A DNA stretch of 64,000 bases from Lama glama (GCA_028534125.1 CM052818.1:5272001-5336000); one strand, 5' to 3'; positions 10,500-24,297 are shown, counted from the stretch's first letter. Notes: a model not told the origin generated them from the sequence alone. Numbers and translations: made by a program.

Positions 10500-13400
10500 T
10501 CATCTGTTCAAATGTGGCCCTAAACACAGTTAGAGAGATGTCCATGTTACAGCAATTTCTAAATCTTTTCCTTTCTTCTTTTCAATCTCAAACTGGTAGT
10601 ATGGCAGTCTACAATCCTTCAAAGCACCGCTGTAAATAGAAAAATTCATCATTGTGTGAAAATCTGCATCAGCACTAATGCAATCATGTCGTTTGATGTA
10701 ACTGCCTTCCCGAAGGGGAAAAACCCTCTTTGACTTTTTCTCTTGCTCAAGATCTTTCTGGACCTCTGTGACATCAAGGAAACCCCTCGAGTCTACGGAA
10801 GGGCAGCTCCATTGTCAGTAGACCCACCTCCTCTTACATAGCTTCGATGGGCCGAGCGTCACTGGGCAAGCCCCCCGCCACCTCTGCCTTGTGCAGAATT
10901 TGCATTATCTAAAGATCACTCTGTAAGCTATGGTCCATTCGCCTTGGCAAATACTGTTTAAATATAGCATCCATAAATAAATGTTAAATAATTCATGAAC
11001 ATAATTTTGTAAATTCTGCGAGGCCACACCTCTCTGGGGGCATATTTATGAACACGCGTCAGCCCGGAATCAATGTGTCTGCCAAGCTCCTTGCCTCTGA
11101 GGCAGAATTCCCACATCTAGCCCAAAATGCTGCAAGTGCCTCCGATCCCCCTTCAGTCGTCATCCATCATACTGTCACTTTAATTCAGATGCTGCTACTT
11201 GTTTTAATAACATACATCTTACACAAAGAATATTGCTAACACAAGAATCTTGGGGTAGATTTTTACAGCCTCATAAAATGGTATTAACCCTCTGATCTCT
11301 GATGTTCTTTGCACGCGGCGCAGGCCTCCGGACGCTTCCCTGCCCCCTCCACTCCCTTCAATCTTCCCTGATGCTTATCAATAACCTCCGTTCATGGGGG
11401 TTACCTAGCACCAAGACCTGTCATCAATCACCGCAGTAAAAATATTATTCCTCCAGCATTGCCCTGAAGAATTATGGAAAGAATAAAAGTGTTATTGCAG
11501 GAATTATTTAGCAAACAATAGATGGATAAAATGTATTACGGTAAGTGTTAAATTATATCACCTCATTACGAAGAGCCGACTTCAGATACCAGGAAAGTGG
11601 CTCGCTGCCTTTTCTGAGTAGTTCGGCAGAACAATGGGAAAGACCACAAAAGATTTCAAATGGAAACACCAGCCGATCAAGACTAGGATATACACTACTG
11701 CAGAGAAATTCGTTTGGGGGGATGATTTGGAATTTCAAAAAACAGAAAACAAAAAACCTCTTCCTGGACTGTTTTGAATATTAAGCTGGAATTTACAGAA
11801 AAGCAACGGGGGTTTATATTTAATTGTTGAATACAGGATGCTATTCTAGGAAAGAGGTTCTTAAAAGAAAAAAAAAAGAAAATGGATGTGTGGTCTAACC
11901 ACTCCCCTGCCATGCACCCCCCTCCAAGGACCCCCTACACACTCCTCTAAGCAAGGGCAGGGGAGCCGTTTTCATTAGTGAAGGAAATATACATCTTGCA
12001 ACACGTAGGTTTCAGTTGGTTCTAGAAAAGTGCACCATACCAATATTTGTAGCTTTGGCCAGTGTTGGAAAATAATATTTCTAAAATGCCAGCTTAAGTC
12101 CATTACTAAAATCAGGCTTGCATTTTAAATACTGTTAAGGATGTTGAAACAAAGTTGGAAAGCATATTATTTTTTTTACCCACATAGTCTTTTATCAGTT
12201 AATGCAGATTTTTTTTTTTTTTAGGCATAATGTTACACCGGGCCTCTGGGATTCATTTGATCAACATGATTAAATTATTTCCTTACTCAGCTCGAAGGAA
12301 ATTACTAGTTACCAGACATTATGTGTCTGTTAATTATGTGCAATAAGGCTCTCTCCTATCACACCAGCTCCTGCATTCATGTTCTGTGCATTTTAAAGGC
12401 ATTATCATTAAAAAAATTTAAATATTGAAAAGGGACAGCTATAATTTTGTTTCATCTATTTAATAAATAAGTAATCTGTGAAATCAGTGGTACAAAGTGT
12501 CTCTTTACTCTTTGTGTCAGCGCAGACATTCTTAAGAAGAACATGCTGAAAGATTCTTTTGATTTCTATATTCACAAAAGAATATTTCCCCGTCAGCTTT
12601 CTAGGGCAACGACCAGGTCCTCTATCACTGAATATGAGTGTGAGCCTTGCCAAAAAAATAGAACTCTGAGAGTGTGTGTCTGGTCAAAGTAGAGAACGCT
12701 CACCTGGGGTGGGTGAGGATGCCAAAGTCCACCTTGCCGCTCGTAGCTCAGTCTACAACCAAGGGTTTCTAAAGATTTTATTTTTTATTTTTATTTATTT
12801 ATTTTTTTGCAAAAGAAGAGACAACATATGGTAGCAGAAGAGGCCTTATTTTGTCTCCTAATGAAATGATGTGCTTCTGTTTCATATTAAAGTGTTAATC
12901 GGTCTGAAATTAGGTCTCGCAAAAAAAGAATAGTGCTTTTAAAATGCTTAATATGATTCATTTTCCGCAGTCAAGACCAGATGACTTTTATTTTTGTATC
13001 AAAAAGAGAAAGTGGAAAGCAAGCTCTTCGTCCCTCGACGCCCCCCCCCCCGCCCCCATCTCCTTCCCCCGGCTGCCCGGGCTCGGGACCCAGATCCAGT
13101 AACCGGTTTATAGAACAGAAAGCTCCTTAGAGTCGGAGCTTGCACCGAAGCCTAGAAGGTTTTGTTTGAGTTTGAGACCCTTCATAGGTTTATGAAATCT
13201 CAACAAATATTTCAAAGAAGGAAGTTTCACATTTGAAGTAGGTGATCCTATTAGGCGCTGAGAGACGGCGCCTTTGTTGTGGGCGCAGGCAGCGTTTCAT
13301 GTGCGACAGAGCCGTGTCCCGCTAATATGCCAAGACATCACTTTCATGCCACAGATAGGGCTGAACTGGCTTCATGCACTTTGGCTTTCGCTGTTAATAA

Positions 13401-13800
13401 TGAATGACGAAAGTTCAGAGGAGAGGCGCTCAGTGGATGCTCGGCTTTAAAAGAATGAATTTTAACCAGCAACATGCCAAACTAGTCAGAAAGCACTTGG
13501 GCGGGCAGGAAAGAGAGCACAAAGAAAAAACTCATCCTGGAGCTCGGTCCCCGCGGAGCCCACAGGGAGACTGGTGAGTCTCCTTCCAGAAGGTTCCAGC
13601 GGCCTTCGGCAGTCCCATGACTCGACTCATGGGCCTCCAGAAGCCTGAGGGTTTGCACCAGGAGGCACAAAAGGGGACCCTCTCATACTGTGTTCAGAGA
13701 AGAAGAAGGAGATGGAGACAGACAGGGGCAGGAAAGTTGATTAATATAATTTTAAACCTCAGTGGACACAAATATCAGTTAAGTCAATTAGAGTCAAACC
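10500..13800. promoter_or_regulatory. Repeat-poor unique block, candidate enhancer cluster
   Basis: No recognised interspersed repeats over about 3.3 kb, scattered CpGs, and PBX/MEIS, FOX/SOX, octamer, HOX and SMAD-like motifs. Function is inferred only. Confidence 0.4.
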
Positions 13801-13816
13801 AACACATGAAACCCCG

Positions 13817-13982
13817 GGATTTCTTTTTACTTTCTCCCTTCCTTTCTTCGTCCTTACCTTTCCCTTCTTCCCTTCTCTTTTCTTTCCATTCTCATTTCTT
13901 CTGTCCCTTTTTCTCCCTCCTTGTCCTCCCCCTTGCTTCCTTCCTCTCTTTCTTTTTTCCCTTTATTTTACCTTCTATTTGA
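13817..13982. repeat. Polypyrimidine (CT-rich) low-complexity tract
   Basis: About 160 bp that is almost purely C/T. Confidence 0.9.
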
Positions 13983-14039
13983 CTTTCTAGAGAAAGACTT
14001 GGGCCACAAGAAAACACACTCTGAAGACCACATGCACAG

Positions 14040-14178
14040 TATTCATTTGTTTGTTTGTTTGTTTTCATTCAACCAACATTCATTGAGCGCTTGCTCCATG
14101 CTGGACCAGAAGGCACCCAGGATAGAAGAGTGAGCAGAGCAAGCCCCGCCCCTTCTCCCGTGGAGCGTGGAACCTAAG
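14040..14178 (-). mobile_element. L2 3' end
   Basis: 'cattcaaccaacattcattgagcgcttgctccatgc...ctcccgtggagcgtggaaccta'. Confidence 0.75.
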
Positions 14179-15799
14179 CCTCTCAGAATCTAAGCTACTG
14201 AGTTCAGTCACTTTTTTTCAGCTCAGTTCTCTGCATCATCTGCACCCACAGCTCGTGAGGTTGAGACCTGATCGTGTGTTCCATCAGTTTTATCATGAAA
14301 GGTTCTGGTAGAGTCATTAGACTTGACTTCTAAAACAAGAAAAAAAGAATTAGAAACCGGCACTTTAGAAAAGATTTTCGACAATAAGGAGTAAAAAACC
14401 ATATGGCTTGGGAGTTTAAATGAAAATTTGAATTATCTGGAATTTCAAATTCTTTGAGCAACACGTTTGAGGTCTGCTCATCTGTATGGAAGAGAAATAA
14501 GGGTCCTGCGCTAGTAACAATCCAGACGTGGTAACTCTAGCTTGTTGGCACTGTGTCTTCTAAGGGACCTTGGCCACTTCCTGTCCATGGTTGTCAATTG
14601 CCGAATCCACCATACTGGATGTTTTATCAGCTCTCTATACCTCGTTGTGTGTAGAAATTAATACAAATAGATAGAATTATGAATGCTAGCATCTTTTGAT
14701 GGTTAAGATCCCTGCAAGTTCAAGTCCCGGGCCTGGAAAGCCCAGTTTTAGAAAAGGGCTCCTTGATCTTTGATCCCGTGCAAGCTAACACATTCTTAGT
14801 TCAGAAGAGGACCCTAATTTGGGGCACTTCCCTGAGCTGCTAAAGCTGTTAGTCTAGCATTCAAATCAAAGCATTCTTCTTGACAGCACATTTTCTGGGA
14901 GGGAAGATTCCACCTCAGTTGCCAGAATTTGCTGGAGAGGGTTCTCCCAGCCTCATCCAGTCCACCGCAGACCAGCTTTATGAGTTGTCACACTCTCGTG
15001 ACTCTCAAAACTGTGGTATGATACTGACTTCATCCTTTCATCATCTTAGGTAGTCAGGCTGGTACAAATGGACCGTGAACTGATCATTCACTTGTACCTG
15101 TTGCAAGGCTAAGGAATGTGGATATAACGCAGTCTCGTTTGTTTTCCTGTTAATTACATCAACCAGTTGCCTCAGTGTCACATCTGAAGACGTGCCCTAC
15201 AAGCCTGGCCAACTGTGCCTTATACCTGTAAGCCCACTCCTGTTTGCATAATCTGATGGCTGAAACTCTTTCCACATTTGGAGTTGGCCTTCTGGTTAAA
15301 GCGTCCAGAAAGCAGGACTGGGTGCGCACTGATGTTGCTTTGTGCAGAGTTGTTCTATCTGGCGCAACTGGCCTCTCGGGTTTTCCCATCTGACATATCT
15401 TAGCAATCAGTCCTACAGCGTCTGTTTCCCTGGCTCATGTGTTTTCTGTCGTGTTTGGAATTTGGGATCTCATGGTCCTCCCTCTCCTCTAGAGATTTTT
15501 CTTGGACATCTAATTGGAAAGCCCCTTTATTTCCCTTGTTTGGCACATCAGATCTCTGTTCCCATTGGACTGTTTCTCCCAGTTTGGAACCTAATTATAG
15601 CCCTTCAATTTTCGCTTTACAATCTTGAGATATCAACCCTTCCCTGTTAAAGAACATTACTGGTAATCCTTATTCTTTCCCTCTGCTTTTTGGAATCCAG
15701 GAATTTCCCTCAAGTCAACCCAGCCCTTAGCTGAAGATTTTTTTTTACTGATATTTAAGAAACTAAGAAGTCTCCAGGTGGGAGAGGGGGAGGGAAAGA

Positions 15800-16330
15800 G
15801 ACAGCCCCCTGCACTCCTGGTGGGAGTATACAAGTATTGTACAAACTTCTATGTGAGCAATCTCACAATATGCATTAAACCTGAAAACCATATGGGCCAT
15901 TTGCCCAAGTGATTTCATTTCCAACATTATCCAAATGAAATGTTTTCACAGTGTTCAGAGATGTTCAAACATTTGTTTATAATAACCAAAATGTGAAATG
16001 TAGCTGTTTATCAGTAGATTAGTAAAATTAAGCTTTCTATTTCAATATGACAGAATAGTGGTCAGAAACAATAGCATGCACATAAATGAGTGTTTACCGA
16101 TATTGAATATATCCATGACTTATTAAGTTAAAGATTGCGAAACACTCCTCTGTATTCATTCAATCTATCTACTTTTCAACATGATATCTACCTGTCTTTT
16201 TGTCCATTTTGTTAGAACAAATAATGGTTACTTACAGATGGCTGAAGTATTTTGTTTTATTTTGTATGCATAAGATACACTTTCTGATATTTTAAAATGA
16301 GTAAGTATTGCCATTGTAATTTAAAACCAA
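15800..16330 (+). mobile_element. Ancient L1ME-type 3' region
   Basis: 'cactcctggtgggagtatacaagtattgtacaaacttctatg', 'tttgcccaagtgatttcatttc', 'ttgtttataataaccaaaa'. Confidence 0.7.
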
Positions 16331-16667
16331 CAACAACAACAACAGAAGTTAAAAGAAAATGAGAAGACCCCTACCCAGTGCAGGTGTCACGGGTACATTG
16401 GGGAATCACACCAAGTCCTGACTCAGCACTGAGGGGGGAACTCACCCTGTTCCTGTTGTTATCCTTTCAGGCACCAGATAATCTATACACAATGTACACA
16501 TTTATCTTTTGATCAATCTTTGTATGGAGGAGGTACTCCATTAATAATTCCTGAATTAAAATAAGTGAAATGATTTCTCTAGAGTGCTTTGTACTGCTGT
16601 ACCATAGAAGTTCTAAGAATAGAGAATGCATCATTAAATGAATGTTGTAACTTATTTCATTAACACA

Positions 16668-17149
16668 TATGGTAAACTGAATCATGGCTCCCAGGTCTTC
16701 ATTGCTCCCACATCCTCATTGTCTGCCATATGACTGCACAGTTCCTCTCCCAGAAAAGAGTGCACATCTCAACACATTGACCTTGACTGTATGTCTTTCC
16801 TATAGGATATTAGCAAACATCGTTTACAGTCATCCACAGCACAATAGCCAAGGTTTGAAATGTGCTGGCACAGCTCAGTTTTCTCTCTTGAGCTTCTGTC
16901 ACTACCATGAGAAAATAATGCCTTGGCTAGTTCACTACACCAAGAAAGATGAGAAACGTGAAGATTTGAACCCAGTCTATAGTCTGAGCCAGTTCCAGTT
17001 GAGCGCAGACTAGATCAGTCAACAAATCACCTCCACCCTCCTGCCAGACCAACAATGCATGGATGGAAATAAACGATTGTTGTTTTAACCTACTGAGTTC
17101 GGGGATAGTTTGTTACACAGTGTCATAATGGAATTAGCTGACCAGTACA
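16668..17149 (+). mobile_element. MaLR solo LTR (MLT1I/J-like)
   Basis: 'tttgaaatgtgctggcacag', 'ctgtcactaccatgagaa' and end 'aataaacgattgttgttttaacctactgagttcggggatagtttgttacacag...tagctgaccagtaca'. Confidence 0.8.
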
Positions 17150-18679
17150 ATACATTTACTAGATGTTAAATTATATTAATCATTAAGTATGATGTATGAA
17201 TGGAACTTGATAAAAAGTGCATGATTCCAAGAATAGCAGTGATCTCATCGTGAGCTTGCATGGGAAGTCGGTAGTGACTATGTATTTCTGGAAAATTGAA
17301 AAGTCTAAAGTTTAAGAGCAAAAAAGAATTGAGGAGCCTCTTGGAAGTCAATTCAGACAAGGCAAATCCCCTGGTTAAGTTTTAATCATCAGAGACGAGG
17401 ATGTCCTACAGACTCAGGTTTGGTCGCTGAGGAAGGAAGATGGCAACAGTAGCAGTGACTGGTGATAGGCTGAGCGGAACAGGAGGTGGCAGTCTCTGGC
17501 CGTAATTTACCACGTTTGTGTGCGGGAGCAGATATGAGACACCCTCGAAGGTTTCCCAGAATCCTGAGACAGAGAGCGTTGCAGAAGACTTGTCTTCACA
17601 CAAATGGTGGCAAGACCCAGGATGAAATGTGGTTTATTATTATTTTACATGACTCCTTTTAAGATGATTTCATTTGTTCTCGTGGCTCTGTGAGGATCAG
17701 GAAACGCAAGTTACATGGGTATTGCTTCACACTAACAAGTGGAGTCAAGATCTCACCATGTCGCTCCCAGCGGGGGTGTCCCACTTGAGTTTATAACCAA
17801 TTCAAAATACTCAAAGAGGCATTCGGGAAGTTTGGTCACACCAAATTCTCTTGTAATGTTTTTGCAACCGTGCAATGAAAATTGCTGTTCAAGAGACTAT
17901 AGTGACTCGAAAAGTGAGAAGTAGTGCAGGGTAGCCAGAGAGAGAAATCAAAGCATCGGTAAAGGTGTTCCACATCTGAGAAACATCAAGCTGAAAATGG
18001 AAGAAAAGAGCTGTCACTTTCTTCCACAAATTAAAAACAGAGCTGCATTTCTCTTTATTTCAAAACACTTTTTCTAAAGTAGTGGCAGTAGACAGATTTA
18101 ACATGCTCTAGTGGTTTCTATTGAATTCCTACTCTCAGAAAAGCAAAATTCTGTGTGCTGTTGGCAAGATTTGAATGGGCTATAAGTATGTGGACACACC
18201 CAATTAAAATGCTACCTAAACTTTGACCAGTTGTTTTAATATACATCAAACAATGTTCATTCATTCTTTTATAGTCTTTTTGACCTACCCTGTCTGGCAT
18301 CTTAATCATTTTCTTGTTGTGCCAATATTGTTTGCTTAACAGTAGGTTTATAATTTATGTTTTTTATTAAGAGGTGTCTGTGGAAAAGAGATTTACCATG
18401 ACTCTTCAGAAAATTATATTTTTAATCAGCTGTAGAAATTCATAGTACTTCCTACATATGGGGCACCTTATGACAATGATCCAAACAGACCGAAGTCAAC
18501 AAATAATCTTGTCTGTCTATTGTTAATTCTTAGAAGAACAAACATATGTTTTGAGCATCGTTACTGCTAAATTAGCAGAAGCAATCAGGCATTCTAAGAG
18601 TATAAAATAAAGATGCAGAGCACTATAGTATAATTACTATTTGCATTTAAATTGTGTGTTATACTTTCCTAACACCGTG

Positions 18680-18915
18680 TAGTAATAGTAAAGTCTAACA
18701 CTTACTGAGTTCTTTCTGCGTCAGTTAAATAAGGGGATTATCTCAGTTAATCTTCACAACAACCCCAAGATATAGATACTATTATTATAGCATAATATTT
18801 TGCAGATGGAGAAACTGAGGCTTGGGGAGACAAAATCTTTTGCTCAAAGTTGTGGAACGACTCAGCAGAAGCAAGGGTTCAAGCCTGGTATGTTGGCTTT
18901 ATCTCCCATGTTCTA
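18680..18915 (-). mobile_element. MIR
   Basis: 'ttaatcttcacaacaacccc...attttgcagatggagaaactgaggct'. Confidence 0.85.
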
Positions 18916-19334
18916 TGGCATGCTTCTGTTATTGATCAGCTAACATGCGGCTTAAATGTTAATTTTAACATTACAGAGTTCAATTATATCACTATCAGAG
19001 AAAATCCTACCCCTTTGAAGGAAATAACTCTTCAGGAAATTCTTCAAGAGTGGATTGTAAAGGGAGAAACAAAGGGTTTATCTAAAATAAAATACATCAT
19101 GTCTATTTTTTACCATAACAGTTATCATGGATATGCATAGTGGCACCCCTAAGATTATTCTTTCTTTTGTAATTTAACACAAAAACAGCTCGAAGAGGCA
19201 AGCGCCATAGCTTACTAGTGTTTAAATTTCCAAACTGTGAAGTGCTTGACTGATATGAAAAATACATAGAGTGAGGAGAGATTCAAATTGGAGGTCACAC
19301 GTCATGGTCAGCAGGAAGCCTGAAATGTACACTT

Positions 19335-19960
19335 CATTGTTCATTCATTCACTCCATGGATATTCATCGAGCACCTACAATTGTATTTTTCTTGGTATAA
19401 AGATACAACAATGAACAAGTTTCACAAAGCTCTGCCCTCATGGAGTTTACATTCTAGTTGAGAGACAGGAAAGCAAAGAAATGTTCACGTTCTTCTTGTA
19501 CTAAAGACTATGATGAAAAATAATGAAAGTGAAGAGATGGTGATGAAAGCAATGAAACTGGAGCTTTAATAGGTGAAAATGGCTGTGATGGCACAGCTCC
19601 TAGTTAGGTTACAGGTGTAAGAAGCAGAGCAGGATCCATCCATCCATCCCAGTACCACTCTTATTCAAGATGGCGTAGGTGTTTTGGTTGATTGACAAAC
19701 CACATTATTAACTGATTTCTCCCTATGAACGAATATGTATAACCACTAATAGAATTCACAAGTCTTGCTCACACCAAGCTTACTAACGAATTGGGAAAAA
19801 TAAGATACACATATACTAAAGTGAAAAGAGGAAGAAAGAGCATGTCTGTGGCACCCATCTTGAAAATGGAGTTCAATAATGGTGAAACAAGGCAGGCTTC
19901 CTGGAAGAGGAGAAAATTGAGTTTGGACTTTAAAAACAGATAGAGTTGGATTAGGCAGAG
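19335..19960 (-). mobile_element. L2 fragments
   Basis: 'ttcattcattcac...gagcacctac...ctgccctcatggagtttacattctag' and 'ggcttcctggaagaggag'. The middle part is not clearly L2. Confidence 0.7.
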
Positions 19961-20109
19961 ATGTGTTATCATTTCTAGAAGATCCCTGACCTCCAGAGAA
20001 CAGAGTTTAATGTATCTGGTCTTCTTACTGTCCTCTGTTTATATCTGTAGTCCAACAATTATATTTTCCAGTAAACTGAAAGCATTTCCAGAGTGTAGGG
20101 GCAGGCGGA

Positions 20110-20340
20110 GATGTGATGAGACAGAATCTTAGACTAAGGGCAAAATACGGGGTTTAGCTTCCTTGCAGCCATGGAATCCTGGACATGGCACCGACCTCTC
20201 TGAGCCTCAGTTTTCTCATTTGAAGAAATGGCACAATAATAATTTCTCTGCCTCCTACTCAGGGCTATCATAGGATTTAAATGAGACAAAAATGGAGATA
20301 TGGACACGTTCTCCATGACCGAAAAGTGCTATACACCATT
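20110..20340 (+). mobile_element. MIR
   Basis: Core 'acctctctgagcctcagttttctcatttgaagaaatgg'. Confidence 0.85.
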
Positions 20341-20394
20341 GGGGGTTAATAGGCACTCTTCCTTAAGGGTAAGCAACGCGAAATAGACATGTCT

Positions 20395-20535
20395 TATGGA
20401 AGTTTTAGAAGTCACCTTATCCAATTCCTAACTTTTGCAGATTAGGGAATCTCAGACTCAGGGAGGTTAAGGGACATTTAGGAGATGACTCTACCAGTTA
20501 GTGGAAAAAACTCCTTCCCAAAGTTCTGGACTGCC
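20395..20535 (-). mobile_element. MIR/MIR3 fragment
   Basis: 'tccaattcctaacttttgcagattagggaatctcagactcagggaggttaagggac'. Confidence 0.65.
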
Positions 20536-21839
20536 AGGGCCCTCCCTACCATACTCTATTGGCTGGACCACAGTATTGCACCAGCACCAAAGGAAACTGT
20601 GCATTGAAGGGATAAAACGTGCAGAAATGCCTACTAGTTCAATTTCAGATGTGCAATTCGCTTTGCAGCCCCAGCTGAAGCCCAGTATCCTGCTGGCTTT
20701 GAAGATAGCATTTTAGCCAGTGCCTGTGAGGTGTCACCATCTCCCACCCCAAGCCCTTTCCATGTGGCAAGACAGTAAGACTTATAGCAGACTAAACTGA
20801 GAGAGTGTTACCTACTTAAACTGTTTTTCTGACTTAATAAGAATTTTTCATCTACAGCGAGCCATTTTAAAATATTGTCTATACACAAACAGTCACTCTG
20901 AATAATAGGTCTGCACACAGTAAATGTCACCTCTCTAAATCACATGAGACCTCAGCAGCACAGCAGAGAAGGCTCCATAACAGTTTAAACTTCAGCCTCC
21001 CATTTATTACGGATGTGTTTATAAATCTCAAAGGGCGCTCTTCCTCCTCCTGGGAAATCCAAAAACAGGGCCGTTGTTTGTCAGGGTGACTGGTCCAAGA
21101 TGCTGGGGTCCTGGCCATCCTTCTTACATCCAGATCCCATTTCATTCCAAGATGGGTCATCCAAGGTTGTTGTCAAAGATGCCATTTTCTCATATATAAT
21201 GACAAAAAAACTCCATTCCTGGAAAAGTGTATGGGGCTTTGAAACCTGGGGTTTAGAGAATGAAGGAGGTAGGAGCTTTCTTTCTTTCTTTCTTTTTTTT
21301 CTCCCTTTACCTTGAATAAATGGTCTTCTCTACAAAAGTGCTTTGAGTTTCTCACATGAGGGAAGCAAAAGACAGCTTACACAGCAATGGCATTGAAAAA
21401 CTCCTTAGCTGCTCCCATCTGTCTTGGTTAGTATGAATACTTTAGCATTAAGTGGAGAAAAGGAGAATCCATCAATAGTTAATAACTGACCTTAAGATGG
21501 GAATTCAAAGTTCACCACAATTACACCCAAGTGTCAGAGAACACACATGGGACATTATCAATATATTTGACTACAAGAGCCTGGGATGGCAAATTTAAAT
21601 ACCATTGGAGAAAGAGCTGGTCATTATTTCTAATAAGAAAATAGTGTTACCATAGCCAGCAGCCCTTACTAACATCTCAGAACCAAGTCTCATTTAGGAA
21701 TGGCTGTGGAAAGGTAAGCACAATCTAAAAGAACAAATATGAGTCAGGCTGAAATTCTATCATGTGGCCAAGGTTGTAAACAAAATGTTCCCTTGATTCA
21801 AAGGGAGACAGTATTTTAAAGGTGGACGTGAGTTTAAGC

Positions 21840-22069
21840 AAAAGATAAAAGAAAATATGTTCGTGCAAAGATGCTCAACATGGATTGTCCTTTCAAGAAA
21901 TGCAACTTTGAACCACAACGATTCATCTCTGCACTAGCATGGCTACAATGAAAAGACTGACACTGAATGCAGGATGGCAGGAATTCTCTCATACACGGCT
22001 AGGGGGAGAAAACAGTGGTACAACCTCTGTGCAGAGCTCCTTGTCAGCTTCTTACAAAGTTACACACAT

Positions 22070-22113
<44 letters not shown>

Positions 22114-22625
22114 CCTTATGATCCAGCTATTTCATTTTTAGGTGTTTGCCTTGAAGAAATTAAAAACATTTGTCCATAAAAAACATTTTTACAAGAATGC
22201 TCTTAGCTTTATTCATAATAGCAAGATTTTGGAAACAACCCTAATGTCCATCAAAAGGAGAAGCAATAAACCTTATGCCAAACTCAACTAATGGAACACT
22301 ACTCAGCAAGGCAAAGGGAAGAGTCACAGGCTCTTACAAGCACATGGATGAATCTCGCAAACATTATGTTGCACAAATAAGCTGGACACCAAATGCTGTG
22401 TATTATCTGATTCCATTTACACGAAGTTCAAGAACAAGCCAGATTAGTCAATAGGAATGGAAATCAGAAGAGGGGCACAAAAGAAAGACATGGGGAAACT
22501 CTCTAGGGAGAGAGTGATGCTTGGTGTTGGCTGTTAGTTGCACGAGTGTGTATACACCAATTAAACTTTAGACTAATTTCTACTCTTTTTAATATACATG
22601 ATTATAATTCAATTAAAACAAAAAG
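21840..22625 (+). mobile_element. Ancient L1M 3' region containing (CA)20
   Basis: 'gatgctcaacat', 'ccttatgatccagctatttcatttttagg', 'ggaaacaaccctaatgtccatca', 'catggatgaatctcgcaaacattatgtt'. Confidence 0.85.
22071..22110. repeat. Perfect (CA)20 microsatellite
   Basis: Direct reading. Confidence 0.97.
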
Positions 22626-24297
22626 AAAATAGACGTAGATTAAGATCTCTGAGGCTAATTGTCTTCCTGGTAGTCGCTGTTATGAAGACTTACTATCAAA
22701 GAGTGGTCCACCGGGGAGCAGCATCACCTGGTGATGCAGGAGTGCAGATTCTGGCCCCAGCCCAGAGCCAGAATGTGCAAGCTAGTGTGCAGCCCTGAAG
22801 AATCACAAACACGTTACAGCCTAAGAAGCATTGTTACAGTGGTTATCTGCTTTTTAAAAGGAAAAAACATACACCCAATCATCCTATTTAAGGCAAAAGC
22901 AGCGCACATTGGGAGAATTACCTCACCTCCATCTGTGTAGTCCTGAGGTTGCTGTTAATCCAAGTGCACAGCCTTGCCCTCCTTAGGCCGAGAAGTGAGC
23001 ATATTCCACAACGAGTCCAATCACATTCTCTGGCCTTGAACGGGGTGGCAGGGGGAGGGGAAGCAAACACTGAAAAACCACTGAAGATCATGCATTCACT
23101 GATGGGGGCAGATGAACCGCTGCTGACATCATCCCTTCACTTGCCTTAGATCTGTCTGTTGGGGACGGGAGGGGGCTAGTTCTCCCTTCCTGCTTTGAGC
23201 TTTATCAACTACCTGATATTCTTCTAGTAAACCCACTTTTCGTCATGTCATCCAGGTTTGGATTCTGTTGTTTGTAGTCAAAATCCCTACCTGATGTTCT
23301 GTCCTGAAGCATTCAAAACACTTCAGGAATCTAAATACAGTTTTTCATCGCATGGCAAAAAAGTTTTTGTGCCCCCCTACACACACTAAAGATCGGAGGA
23401 AACTGATTTATGGGTGACTAGAGGCCAATAAAAAAGACCACATTCAAATTTATTCCCATGTCATCTTACTTTATTAATACAACCCTTAGGAGCCTGAATC
23501 CCAAAAAGTCTGGCCTCCATAAAATAATTCCACTGGGTAAGACCATTCGTATGTACTGTTCTCTGCCTTGTGCTCGAGACCCAAAAATGACGAATGAAGA
23601 AAATCAGTAGGAACTTGTAAAAAGTCAACTGCCAAGGAGTTACATTCATTTGGAATCAATAGACTGGCAAGCTGTTATCTGAGTGGCCTGCTCACATTTT
23701 ACAATAGTACCTCTGAGGAGATACAATATGACGTTGGCTAGATTTGGGGGGAACAAAATGTAAGATCTGTCATTGTATGATAGAAGCCCACAGATGACTT
23801 TTAATTTTTTTATTGCATGCATAGACAATAGGAATAAAAAATAAAAAGCTTGTTAACAAATTTTTTTAGCCCAGTGAACACTGGCAGCTAGTAAAATGAT
23901 CCCTCTGTTTTTTTCATTCAATAACATTAATTATGAAAAAATCCCTGTAATCAGTTTTTACATAAAGAGATGATTTTAAAAGAATGACGAGACTTATTTA
24001 ACTTACTGATTTTTAATTATATTCTCTTGTTAACTTTGCATTAAGAAAAACAGCAAAAAATGCCTTTCCTTTCCCTTTTAGTATTATTTGAAAATGGGAA
24101 TTATTTTTTAAAATGTAAATGAAATTTCAAGTCTGCATTATGGTAGATTAGTAGGTATCAAATTGGATAGGAGTCGACCGTCTGTCATCACAGCCATGCT
24201 TACAAAATGAAAATGAATCATTTCTCTATGTTGGAGGGGCTCTTTTCTAGAACTGAGAAGCACGGTACAAAATATTTTAAGTAAAATTAAACAGTTC

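Noticed and set aside
11538..11547. Strong splice-donor-like CG/GTAAGT (similar ones near 48493, 48929 and 61093)
   Set aside because: Isolated donors are common by chance, and I found no matching acceptor or reading frame. Non-coding exons cannot be excluded without RNA-seq.
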